A program made the translations under genes and the position numbers. From the NCBI GenBank assembly GCA_963753435.1, contig CAVWCF010000001.1:896001-960000 (forward strand): DNA of 64,000 bases. The letters run 5' to 3'. The stretch comes from an uncultured Actinomycetota bacterium. Its GTDB lineage: Bacteria > Actinomycetota > Actinomycetes > CAVWCF01. The notes beneath the pieces are model-generated. The model was not told where the DNA came from and did no database searches. It worked only from the letters and a program-made list of their open reading frames with translations. Positions 1 through 9,100 of this stretch are shown here, one piece after another. Positions within the stretch are counted from its first letter, which is position 1. Every line of letters starts with the position of its first letter.

Positions 1-536
1 GCGAACCCCTCAACGTCGGCGAAGTAGACCGCCAACCGAAAGTCCTCGGGCAACTCCGCGAGCGCTCGCTTGACGTCGCCATCGGGAAGGCCTTCGAGGG
101 CCTCCACCTCGGCGGACTTCAGCCCACCGGCGGTGTGTGCCTCGGCGCGCGCCAACTGCCAGTCCTCCACCTCGCTGCCGGTGAAGTGTGGCTCCCGCTG
201 CTTCTTGCGGTAGGAGTTGATGAAGGTGTTGGTCATGATCCGGTAGAGCCACGCCTTGAGGTTCGTGCCGTCGCGATAGCGCTCGAAGGCCGCGAAAGCC
301 TTGGCGTAGGTCTCCTGGACCAGATCCTCGGCATCGGCCGGATTGCGGGTCATCCGCAAGGCGGCGGAGTACATCTGATCGAGGAACGGCAGTGCGTCGC
401 GCTCAAAGCGGTCCGCGCGCTCCTGGTCCGTCTCTACGGTGCCCACCACCTCAGCAGTCGTTGCCGACGAGGGTAGCCCGCCGACCACGATCGCGTCGGC
501 CAGCGCGGCGTCGATTCGCTCTCGCGCCAGCAGCAT
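1..536 (-). CDS. sigH: ECF sigma factor SigH/SigR, partial (runs off the window start)
   Basis: Not in the ORF track. Manual translation from ATG 536 gives [10 protein letters not shown]...[43 protein letters not shown]...[26 protein letters not shown], the SigR/SigH signature. Start uncertain. Confidence 0.93.
   Translation of the reverse strand, partial: MLLARERIDAALADAIVVGGLPSSATTAEVVGTVETDQERADRFERDALPFLDQMYSAALRMTRNPADAEDLVQETYAKAFAAFERYRDGTNLKAWLYRIMTNTFINSYRKKQREPHFTGSEVEDWQLARAEAHTAGGLKSAEVEALEGLPDGDVKRALAELPEDFRLAVYFADVEGF
470..475 (-). promoter_or_regulatory. Putative housekeeping -10 (TACCCT) for a shorter sigR transcript
   Basis: Minus strand reads GGGC-TACCCT-CGTCGGCA-ACG. TANNNT consensus inside the N-terminal extension. 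Confidence 0.5.
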
Positions 537-545
537 GACAAGTCG

Positions 546-571
546 AACACCACCCGGGCCCGGATCATTCC
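546..571 (-). promoter_or_regulatory. SigR/SigH-dependent autoregulatory promoter
   Basis: GGAAT (571-567)-N18-GTT (548-546), an exact match to the SigR/SigH consensus, 9 nt before ATG 536. Confidence 0.8.
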
Positions 572-1218
572 TCCCGAGCCTGGATCCGGTTCAACCAGGT
601 CAGCGCGTGCCGGACCAGTACCGCCCGCGCCTCGGCAGCCGTCAGCGGGCCGCCGAGCGAGCAGCCGAACGAATGGTCGGCGCCCGGCACGATCGCAACT
701 GCAGTACCCACCGGGAACTCCCCCGGCCGACCGAACGGGTCCCGGTCTCCCTGCACCACCTGTAGCGGAACGGCCAGGTTCAACTCGGCGGCTCGACTGC
801 GCTCGGGCCGACCCGGCGGGTGCAGTGGGAAAGCCAACGCAAGCACGCCGACGGCGCCACCGTCGGCCGCAGTTCGACAGGCGACCCGGGCGCCGGCGGA
901 GCGTCCGCCGAAGACGATGGGACCGCCAAGGCCGAGTTGACCCACAACTTCGAGCCACGCGGAGTCCAACCTCCCCGGGGCGTCGGCCACCTTGCGCCCA
1001 GCCACCCGCCAGGGCTGCTCGACCAATTGCACGCCCCAGCCGTGCCGCGGCAGATCCCCCGCCAACGCCTGCAGATCGGCGGCGCCAACGCCGCCGCCAG
1101 CACCGTGGCCGAGGAGGACCCAGCCCTTGGGCGCACCGGGCGCGAAGCCGTGTACCCGCGCGACGCCACCGGGGACGCTGAACTCACGCGTCGAAACCCG
1201 GATGGGGTCAGTGGCCAT
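565..1218 (-). CDS. Alpha/beta-hydrolase
   Basis: HGAGG oxyanion motif, GGRSAG nucleophile elbow, RDPFG Asp, GADHSF His. Usual neighbour of sigR. Start set at ATG 1218. Confidence 0.85.
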   Translation of the reverse strand: MATDPIRVSTREFSVPGGVARVHGFAPGAPKGWVLLGHGAGGGVGAADLQALAGDLPRHGWGVQLVEQPWRVAGRKVADAPGRLDSAWLEVVGQLGLGGPIVFGGRSAGARVACRTAADGGAVGVLALAFPLHPPGRPERSRAAELNLAVPLQVVQGDRDPFGRPGEFPVGTAVAIVPGADHSFGCSLGGPLTAAEARAVLVRHALTWLNRIQAREE

Positions 1219-1948
1219 CGGGGACGAGCACCTCATCCGGTGGCAGCGGTCGTAGCAGGTCCGCGCCGTTGTTTCGCACGTTGTTCACCGCCGTCGAGAC
1301 CGGGTAGGCCTCCAGGACCCCACTGGCGGTCGGCTCGGGCAGGTGGACGTCGCTGCTGCCCGGGTCCAACCACCAACTCCACTCGTCTTCGCGCAGCAAT
1401 GCCGGCATCCGATCGTGGATGAACTCTGTGTCCGGGTTGGCCGGCATGGTGATGACGGATGCCGACCAGACGAAAGCGCCATCGGCGTCCTCGGCGACCT
1501 CGCCGTTGCGCCAGATCTCGTAAATGCCCGCCATGGCCAGACGCTGACCGTCCCGGCGCCGGATGAAGAACGGCTGCTTGCGTGCACCCTTTACCGCGGC
1601 TGCGCGCCATTCGTAGTAGCCATCCGCCGGCAGGATGCAGCGCCGGCGGGCGAACGCACGCCGATACGCGGGCTTGTCTGCCAGTGACTCGGCGCGCGCA
1701 TTGATCATGCGGTTACCGATCGAAAGGTCCTTCGCCCAAGACGGGACCAAGCCCCACCGCACAAACCGCAACCGGCGCACGACGGTGTCGTCGTGGACTC
1801 GTTCCAGCACGGCGAAGACGTCCTTGGTCGGAGCCACGTTGAAGTCCGCGCTCGCCCCCGCGGCCGCTACCGCTGGATCGACATCATCGACCTCGAATTC
1901 TTCGACCAGGTCATCAGGGTTCGCAGAGGACGCATACCGGCCGCACAC
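1208..1948 (-). CDS. SRAP family abasic-site protein (YedK/HMCES-like)
   Basis: N-terminal MCGRY (Cys2), NVAPT, RWGLVPSW, INARAE, GYYEW, IHDRMP, VSTAVNNVRN. Confidence 0.95.
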   Translation of the reverse strand: MCGRYASSANPDDLVEEFEVDDVDPAVAAAGASADFNVAPTKDVFAVLERVHDDTVVRRLRFVRWGLVPSWAKDLSIGNRMINARAESLADKPAYRRAFARRRCILPADGYYEWRAAAVKGARKQPFFIRRRDGQRLAMAGIYEIWRNGEVAEDADGAFVWSASVITMPANPDTEFIHDRMPALLREDEWSWWLDPGSSDVHLPEPTASGVLEAYPVSTAVNNVRNNGADLLRPLPPDEVLVPDGH

Positions 1949-1979
1949 AGCCTCAGCCTGACATCACTACGGTTGCGGC

Positions 1980-3242
1980 GTGCGCCCTGACCCCTGGCCG
2001 GCACCGACCGCCTCCGGCCCCGTCGCGGCCCGGATCCGCCTGCCAGGCTCGAAATCGATGACCGCGCGGGCGCTGGTACTGGCCGCCCACGCGGAGGAGG
2101 CCACCAGGCTGCACGGCGCACTCAACTCGCGAGACACGCAACTGATGGCTGCCGGACTACGCGCACTGGGCTGCGACGTGGATACCAGCTCGCAGACCTG
2201 GGCAGTTCACCCCAACGGTCCCGGCACGGGCGCGCGGCGCGTCGACTGCGGTCTGGCCGGCACCGTGATGCGCTTCCTGCCGCCGGTGGCCGCTCTTATC
2301 CCGGGCACGACGTCATTCGACGGCGACGAGCACGCACGGCTGCGGCCGCTGGCACCCCTCGTCGAAGCGCTGACGCAACTGGGGGTGCCCGTCGAAAGCG
2401 CAGCCGGTCATCTGCCGCTTCAGGTTCATGGAGTAGCGGACTTGCGCGGTGGTCAGGTGCAGATCGACGCCCGCGCCTCCAGCCAGTTCGTGACCGGACT
2501 GCTGCTCAGCGGTTGCCGGTTCGGCGACGGGCTGCTGCTGGAGGTCACTTCCGGAGTCCCCAGCCGGCCGCACATAGACATGACGGTCTCGATGATGCGG
2601 CAAGTTGGACTCTCGGTGCGCGAAAGCGACGACTCGTGGCAAGTGGATCCGGGTCGGCCCAGCGGTGGCGACGTCGTCGTAGAGCCGGACCTGTCCAACG
2701 CCGCGCCGTTCCTGGCCGCCGCCCTGGTCACCGGCGGCTCGGTGGAGATCCCCAATTGGCCGGCACAGACCGATCAGCCCGGGGATGACCTGCGGCGAAT
2801 CCTGGCGGCGCTTGGCGGGGAGGTTTCCTGGCAGGACGGGACACTGCGCGTGCGCGGCGGCGAGACGATCCACGGCGCTGACCTGAACCTCGCCCATGCC
2901 GGTGAGCTCGCTCCTGTGATCGCCGCTCTGGCGGTGCTGGCGGACACGGCCAGCACCCTGACCGGACTGGCCCACCTCCGCGGTCACGAGACCGACCGGC
3001 TGGCCGCGCTCGTGACCGAGATCCGTCGCCTGGGTGGGGTCGCGGAGGAATTGGACGACGGGTTGCGCATCGAACCGCGCCCGCTGTCGGGCACGGAGGT
3101 TGACACCTACGACGACCACCGGATGGCGCAGTTTGCGGCGGTGATCGGGCTGTCAGTACCCGGAGTGGTGCTCAACGACGTAGCCACTACCGCCAAGACA
3201 CTGCCGGAGTTCCCGCGGATGTGGCACACACTGATGTCCTGA
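1980..3242 (+). CDS. aroA: EPSP synthase
   Basis: PGSKS, CGLAGTVMRF, SSQF, LRGHETDR, DDHRMA, KTLPEF. TACGGT 6 nt before GTG (leaderless). Confidence 0.97.
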   Translation: MRPDPWPAPTASGPVAARIRLPGSKSMTARALVLAAHAEEATRLHGALNSRDTQLMAAGLRALGCDVDTSSQTWAVHPNGPGTGARRVDCGLAGTVMRFLPPVAALIPGTTSFDGDEHARLRPLAPLVEALTQLGVPVESAAGHLPLQVHGVADLRGGQVQIDARASSQFVTGLLLSGCRFGDGLLLEVTSGVPSRPHIDMTVSMMRQVGLSVRESDDSWQVDPGRPSGGDVVVEPDLSNAAPFLAAALVTGGSVEIPNWPAQTDQPGDDLRRILAALGGEVSWQDGTLRVRGGETIHGADLNLAHAGELAPVIAALAVLADTASTLTGLAHLRGHETDRLAALVTEIRRLGGVAEELDDGLRIEPRPLSGTEVDTYDDHRMAQFAAVIGLSVPGVVLNDVATTAKTLPEFPRMWHTLMS

Positions 3243-4225
3243 TGACCCGCCGAACGAGCGACTACGACGAGGACGACGTCCGGATCCGGCCCAGCCGGGC
3301 CAAGACGCGACCGCGTTCAAAGGACCGGCCCGGCCACGAGAACGCCGTAGCCGCAGTCGTGCGCGCAGTTGACCGTGGGCGGTTCACCTGCCGAATAGCG
3401 GGTGTCGACCGCGACGTCGTCGCTATGCGCGCGCGCGAACTGGGGCGGAAGGGTCTTGTCGTCGGGGACCGAGTCGACCTGGTTGGCGACACCGATCGCC
3501 CGGACACCTTGGCCCGGATCGTGCGGGTGCAACCGCGCAAGTCGGTATTGCGGCGCACCGCCGACGACTCCGACCCGGTGGAACGCGTCCTCGTCGCCAA
3601 CGTCGATCAGTTGGCGATCGTCACTTCGCTGGCGAACCCGGAACCGCGCGGCGGATTCATCGATCGATGCCTGGTGGCCGCCTACGACGCCGCCGTCGCG
3701 CCGCTGCTCGTCCTGACCAAGTCTGACCTAGCTGACGAGAACGACTTGATTCGCAGCTACCGGGACCTTGGCGTGCCTACGGTTCTGACCAGGCGGGATG
3801 GTGACCTGGACGAACTGCTGGGCAGGTTGACCGGTCTGGAGACCGCAATGATCGGCCCCTCCGGCGTCGGCAAGTCAACCCTGGTCAATCGGCTGGTTCC
3901 GGACGCGGAGCGAGCAACCGGCATCGTCAACGAGGTGACGGGACGGGGGCGGCACACATCCTCGTCCGCGGTTGCGTTCCCGCTTGGCGGCGACGGGTGG
4001 ATAGTGGACACCCCCGGTGTCCGTTCATTCGGATTGGCCCATGTGCGCATCGACCGGGTCCTGTCCGCCTTCCCCGAGATCCTGGCCGCGACCGCGCAGT
4101 GCCCCCGATCGTGCACGCACGACGAGCCGGACTGCGGGCTCGACGACGCTGTCCGCTCCGGCGCGGTGGACGAACGACGGCTGGCGTCGCTGCGGCGATT
4201 GCTGGCTGGGCTCAAGCGCGACTGA
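3242..4225 (+). CDS. rsgA: Ribosome small subunit-dependent GTPase A
   Basis: TKSD, GPSGVGKS, GRGRHT, DTPG, C-terminal CPRSCTH..C. ATG overlaps the aroA stop (TGATG). Confidence 0.96.
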   Translation: MTRRTSDYDEDDVRIRPSRAKTRPRSKDRPGHENAVAAVVRAVDRGRFTCRIAGVDRDVVAMRARELGRKGLVVGDRVDLVGDTDRPDTLARIVRVQPRKSVLRRTADDSDPVERVLVANVDQLAIVTSLANPEPRGGFIDRCLVAAYDAAVAPLLVLTKSDLADENDLIRSYRDLGVPTVLTRRDGDLDELLGRLTGLETAMIGPSGVGKSTLVNRLVPDAERATGIVNEVTGRGRHTSSSAVAFPLGGDGWIVDTPGVRSFGLAHVRIDRVLSAFPEILAATAQCPRSCTHDEPDCGLDDAVRSGAVDERRLASLRRLLAGLKRD

Positions 4226-4243
4226 ACTGGCCGGGCGCTTCGA

Positions 4244-7200
4244 CTACTCCACGGCCGATCGAAGGACACGCAGCCCGACCGACAGCGGAGCCAGGCCTTC
4301 GCCTTCGGTAGTGGTGGAGATCTCCTGGAGCATGTCCACCAGTCGACCAACCGAGTCGACGTGCCGCTCCTCCCACTTGCCCAGTCGTTCCTCCGGCGGG
4401 TCGTCGGCCGGAGTTTCCGCGGCGATCCCTCGGGTGAGAGCCCGGTGGGCCGCGTACAGGTCGTCACGCAAGGACATTCGCGCCATCGCCTGCCAGCGGT
4501 CGTTGCGTGGCAGGGCGGTTATCCGCAGCAGGAGCGCGTCTACGGACATTCGTTCCGAAACAACGAAGTACAGGGCCGCGACCGAGGTCGCGTCTTCGCC
4601 CAGATCCGCCGCGATATCGGCGATGTCCAGCAGACCGAACACGTCCAGCAGCACGGACGTCCGCACGGCCAGGTCCTCCGGAAGCCCGATCTCGGCCAAC
4701 TCATTGGCCCGCCGTTCCATGCGGTCCCGCTCGCCGCCCTGCAGCAAGTCCGGGATGCTCGGGATCAGCGCCTGGACGGTGGGTGCGTAGCGCTCGATCA
4801 AACCGGTGATGTCGGCCAGGCCGCCCGGCTGGCCGATCAGCCAGCGGACGGAGCGGTCCAATAGCCGACGCATCTCCAACAGCGTTGCCACCTGGGCCTG
4901 TGTCGGTACGCGGTTGTCCAGCGACTCGACCTCCGCGTACAGCTGCGGCAGACCGAATACTTCACGGGCCACGGTGAAGGCCCTCGCGACCGACTCGTAG
5001 TCCGAGCCGGACTCTTCGACGGCACGGAAGGCGAATGTGATTCCACCGCGATCGACAAGATCGCCGGCAAGGGTGGTGGCGATGATCTCCCGGCGCAGCG
5101 GGTGCGTTTCGATCCAGTCCCCGAAGCGCTCCGCGACCGGGTCGGGGAAGTACTCCCGCAGCCTTCGGGAGAACCAGGGGTCCTCCGGCAGGGCGGAATC
5201 CGTGAAATGCCGCGTCAGATCGTTCTTGCTGTAGGCCACGAGGACGCAGAACTCCGGCGAGGTCAGGCCCTCCCCGGCCACCAACCGCCGCGCGATCTCT
5301 TCGTCATCGGGCAGGCCCTCCAGCGCCCGGTCCAGCCGCCCTCTCGATTCCAGCGCCTGAATCAGGCGTTGGTGGACCGGCAACAGAGCTGCCGCCTGCG
5401 AGCGGGCATTGCCCAGGAGCACGTTCTGCTCATAGTTGTTGCGCAGCACCAGCGAAGCCACCTGATCAGTCACCTCGACCAGCACGGCGTTGCGCTGCTT
5501 GACGGTCAGATCGCCGGCCGCGACCACCCGGTCCAGCAGGATCTTCAGGTTCACCTCATGGTCGGAGGTGTCTACGCCGGCGCTGTTGTCAATGGCGTCG
5601 GTGTTCAGCCGGACCCCATGCTGTGCCGCCTCGATCCGCCCCGCCTGGGTCATGCCGAGGTTGCCGCCTTCCCCCACGACCATGCAGCGGAGTTCCCGTC
5701 CGTTGATGCGAACCGAGTCGTTGGTCTTGTCCCCGACGTCGACGGCGCTCTCGGTGGTTGCCTTCACGAAGGTGCCGACTCCCCCGTTGAACAGCAGATC
5801 CACCGGCGCCCGCAGGATGGCTCGGACGACATCGTCGGGCGTCAACGGTCCCTCGGATTCAAGTCCCAGGGCGATGCGCGCCTCGTTGCTCAGCGGGATC
5901 TTCTTGACCGTCCGCTCCCAGACACCGCCTCCGGGCGAAAGCACTTCGGGGTTGTAGTCGGCCCAGCTGGATCGGGCGAGGTCGAACAGTCGCCGCCGCT
6001 CCGCGTAGCTGGCTGCCGGATCGGGGTTGGGGTCCACGAACACGTGTCGGTGATCGAACGCCGCAACCAGTCGGATGTGCTCGCTGAGCAACATCCCGTT
6101 GCCGAACACATCCCCGGACATGTCACCGATCCCAACCGCGTCGATGCTCTGCGACTGAACGTCTACGCCCACCTCGCGGAAGTGCCTCTTGACCGACTCC
6201 CAGGCGCCCCGCGCGGTGATCCCCATCGCCTTGTGGTCGTAACCGTCCGAGCCGCCAGAGGCGAACGCGTCGCCCAACCAGAAGCCGTACGAAATGGCCA
6301 GTTCGTTGGCGATGTCGGAGAAGGTCGCGGTGCCCTTGTCCGCCGCAACCACCAGATACGGGTCGTCACCGTCATGGCGGACGACCCGATCCGGTGCCAC
6401 GACCAAGCCGTCGACGTAGTTGTCGGTCACATCGAGCATGGCTGAGATGAAGCACTGGTAGGCGGCAACGCCCTCGGCCCGGTATGCCTCGCGGTCTTCG
6501 GGGTCCGGTAGGCGACGTGGCACGAACCCGCCCTTGGCGCCAACAGGCACGATTACCGCGTTCTTGACCTCCTGCGCCTTGACCAGTCCCAGCACCTCGG
6601 TGCGGAAGTCCTCCTTGCGGTCCGACCAGCGCAGACCGCCGCGCGCCACCGCCCCGAACCGCAGATGGACCCCTTCAACGCGCGGACTGTGGACCCAGAT
6701 TTCGACGGCCGGGCGCGGCTCGGGGACGTTCGGCAGGGCGCGCGGATCGAGTTTGACCGACAGGAACGGCCGCGGCTGACCGGCCTCATCGCGAACGTAG
6801 TAGTTGGTACGCAGGGTCGCGTTGATGCCGTTGAGCAAACCGCGCAGGATTCGATCGATGTCGAGGCTCAAGACCGCGTCCAGCGCCGCCTCGACCTCGG
6901 CGTTGGCAGCCGTCAAAGCGCTGTCGCGGTCTGCGGCGAAGTCGGGATCGAAGCGCGCCTCGAACAACCGGACCGACGCAGCGACGATGTCGGGGTGGGT
7001 GACCATGACCTCTTCGATGTAGTCCGGGCTGAACAGCGCCTGGACCTGACGCATGTAGCGCGCGAAGGCGCGAATCAACGTCACCTGCCGCCATGAGAGC
7101 CCAGCGGCCAGGACCAGGGCGTTGAGCCCGTCAGAGTCGGCCTTTCCGGCCCAGACAGCGCCGAATGCCTCCTCGAAGCGCACGTTCGTCTGGGCGTCCG

Positions 7201-9100
7201 GGGTTGCGCCGGCGGGCAGGTTCAGGCCGAAGTCGTAAACGTAGGCGGTATCCGCGTCGCTGCGTTCGATCTCGTACGGGCGCTCGTCGACGACTTCCAC
7301 GCCGAGGTGCTGCAGAACCGGCAACACGTCCGAGACGCTCAACGGCGGGCCAGTCCGATAGACCTTGAACCGACGCTCCTGCACTGCGGCCCCGAGGGGC
7401 TCGTACATGTTCACAGCCATGCCGACTTCGGGCAGTTCCTCCAGATGCCGGATGTCGACGGCGCCGACGCGGGCCGGGAAGTCCTCCTTGTACGCCTCTG
7501 GGAAGGCGTCCCCGTACCGAGCCGAGAGCGGCCCGGCATGTTCCTCACCGAACTCCTCCACCAGCGCGGCCAGGAAGTGGTCGCCCCAAGTGCGCGTCTC
7601 TTCAACCATGAGACGCTGCAACTCCTCGGTGTCCACCTCCGGGATGCCGACGCTCTGGTCCACGCGTACAACGAAGTGCAGCCGTGCGCTCACCGATTCG
7701 CCGACCCTGGTCGTGTAGTCCAACTCGGTGCCGCGGTACGCCTCCATCAGCAGCCGGCCGATGGCCAGGCGCACTGGAGTCGTGTACCGATCCCGGGGCA
7801 GGTAGACGAGTGCCGAAACGAATCGCCCGTACACGTCCTCACGCACATACAGCCGGGTGGTCCGCCGTTGCCGAGAGTTCTGAACCTGCAACATGATCGG
7901 TAGCAGCTCGTCCACGGAGGCCTGGAACATCTCATCCCGCGGATGGGTCTCTACTACCTGCTCGAGTTCGCGTGCCGAGTGGCCACCCGGCGGGAACCCC
8001 GAGCGGTGCAGCAGTTCCATCGCCTTGCGCCGGACCACGGGGATGTGCCGCACGCTTTCGGTGTACGCCGATGACGTGTACAAGCCCAGGAAACGGCGCT
8101 CCCCGATGACGCGGCCATCGCCGTCGAACTGTTTGACGCCGACATAGTCCAGGTAGCTGGAGCGGTGCACGGTGGAACGCCGGTTCGCCTTGGTGAGGAT
8201 GAGCAGGTTCGGCTCGTAGGCCATCTGCCGGATCCGCACCGGCAGTCGTGCGAACGCTGACTGTCCGATGGGATCGTCGCGCAGCACCCCCAGCCCGCTG
8301 CCGGGGACCGCGTTCAACTCGATGTCGTTTGCGGTTCCGGACAATGCGTACTCGCGATAGCCAACAAAGGTGAAGTGGCCCTCGGCCAGCCAGTTGAGCA
8401 GTTCCCACGCCTCGGCCACCTCAGCATCAGGGATTCCGGCAGGGGGCTTGGCGGTCAGGTCGTCGGCCGCGCGGCGAGCGGCCGCGATCATCTTCGGCCA
8501 GTCCTCTACCGATTCGCGGACGTCCCGGAGCACAGCTCGAAGGCGCTGCGCCAACTCCTCAAGGGCCGCTACGGAGCCTTCCCGGTCGATCTCGATGTGC
8601 ATCCAAGACTCACGATGCGTCGTCTGCGTCGCGGATTCCTCATCCACCAGCCCCTGCATGCGACCGGTGACATCGCGATCCACGAGGACCTGCGGGTGAA
8701 TCACCAGATGCACGCTGCGTCCGTCGAGCGCCAGCAGTCCGGTGACGGAGTCCACCAAGAACGGCATGTCGTCGGTTACGACCTCGACGATGGTGTGCGG
8801 GCTGGACCAGCCCTGCTCCTCAACCGTTGGGTTGAACGCCCTTAACGCGGCACGGCCCTCGGGTCGTTCGGCCGCGAGTTGCCGGTGGCTCAGTGCCGCG
8901 CCGGCGACGTCCGCTGGGTCTCGACCCAACAGGTCGTCCGGAAGCACGTACCGGTAGTACTCCTGAATCAGGGCGAGGACGTCCTCTCCCTCCCCGTGCA
9001 GCGACCCGCGCCCACGGACTGCGCTGGCGGCGGCGCGCGACAACAACTCGGTCTTGGCCGATTCCGCGGTGGGGGTGACCCGGAGGGGCGTGCTAGTCAT
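4244..9100 (-). CDS. gdh: Large NAD-specific glutamate dehydrogenase (1618 aa)
   Basis: RGGLRWSDR, VKNAVIVPVGAKGG, DPYLVVAADKGT, GIGDMSGDVFGNG, EGGNLG, DTSDHEVNLKI. Confidence 0.97.
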   Translation of the reverse strand: MTSTPLRVTPTAESAKTELLSRAAASAVRGRGSLHGEGEDVLALIQEYYRYVLPDDLLGRDPADVAGAALSHRQLAAERPEGRAALRAFNPTVEEQGWSSPHTIVEVVTDDMPFLVDSVTGLLALDGRSVHLVIHPQVLVDRDVTGRMQGLVDEESATQTTHRESWMHIEIDREGSVAALEELAQRLRAVLRDVRESVEDWPKMIAAARRAADDLTAKPPAGIPDAEVAEAWELLNWLAEGHFTFVGYREYALSGTANDIELNAVPGSGLGVLRDDPIGQSAFARLPVRIRQMAYEPNLLILTKANRRSTVHRSSYLDYVGVKQFDGDGRVIGERRFLGLYTSSAYTESVRHIPVVRRKAMELLHRSGFPPGGHSARELEQVVETHPRDEMFQASVDELLPIMLQVQNSRQRRTTRLYVREDVYGRFVSALVYLPRDRYTTPVRLAIGRLLMEAYRGTELDYTTRVGESVSARLHFVVRVDQSVGIPEVDTEELQRLMVEETRTWGDHFLAALVEEFGEEHAGPLSARYGDAFPEAYKEDFPARVGAVDIRHLEELPEVGMAVNMYEPLGAAVQERRFKVYRTGPPLSVSDVLPVLQHLGVEVVDERPYEIERSDADTAYVYDFGLNLPAGATPDAQTNVRFEEAFGAVWAGKADSDGLNALVLAAGLSWRQVTLIRAFARYMRQVQALFSPDYIEEVMVTHPDIVAASVRLFEARFDPDFAADRDSALTAANAEVEAALDAVLSLDIDRILRGLLNGINATLRTNYYVRDEAGQPRPFLSVKLDPRALPNVPEPRPAVEIWVHSPRVEGVHLRFGAVARGGLRWSDRKEDFRTEVLGLVKAQEVKNAVIVPVGAKGGFVPRRLPDPEDREAYRAEGVAAYQCFISAMLDVTDNYVDGLVVAPDRVVRHDGDDPYLVVAADKGTATFSDIANELAISYGFWLGDAFASGGSDGYDHKAMGITARGAWESVKRHFREVGVDVQSQSIDAVGIGDMSGDVFGNGMLLSEHIRLVAAFDHRHVFVDPNPDPAASYAERRRLFDLARSSWADYNPEVLSPGGGVWERTVKKIPLSNEARIALGLESEGPLTPDDVVRAILRAPVDLLFNGGVGTFVKATTESAVDVGDKTNDSVRINGRELRCMVVGEGGNLGMTQAGRIEAAQHGVRLNTDAIDNSAGVDTSDHEVNLKILLDRVVAAGDLTVKQRNAVLVEVTDQVASLVLRNNYEQNVLLGNARSQAAALLPVHQRLIQALESRGRLDRALEGLPDDEEIARRLVAGEGLTSPEFCVLVAYSKNDLTRHFTDSALPEDPWFSRRLREYFPDPVAERFGDWIETHPLRREIIATTLAGDLVDRGGITFAFRAVEESGSDYESVARAFTVAREVFGLPQLYAEVESLDNRVPTQAQVATLLEMRRLLDRSVRWLIGQPGGLADITGLIERYAPTVQALIPSIPDLLQGGERDRMERRANELAEIGLPEDLAVRTSVLLDVFGLLDIADIAADLGEDATSVAALYFVVSERMSVDALLLRITALPRNDRWQAMARMSLRDDLYAAHRALTRGIAAETPADDPPEERLGKWEERHVDSVGRLVDMLQEISTTTEGEGLAPLSVGLRVLRSAVE

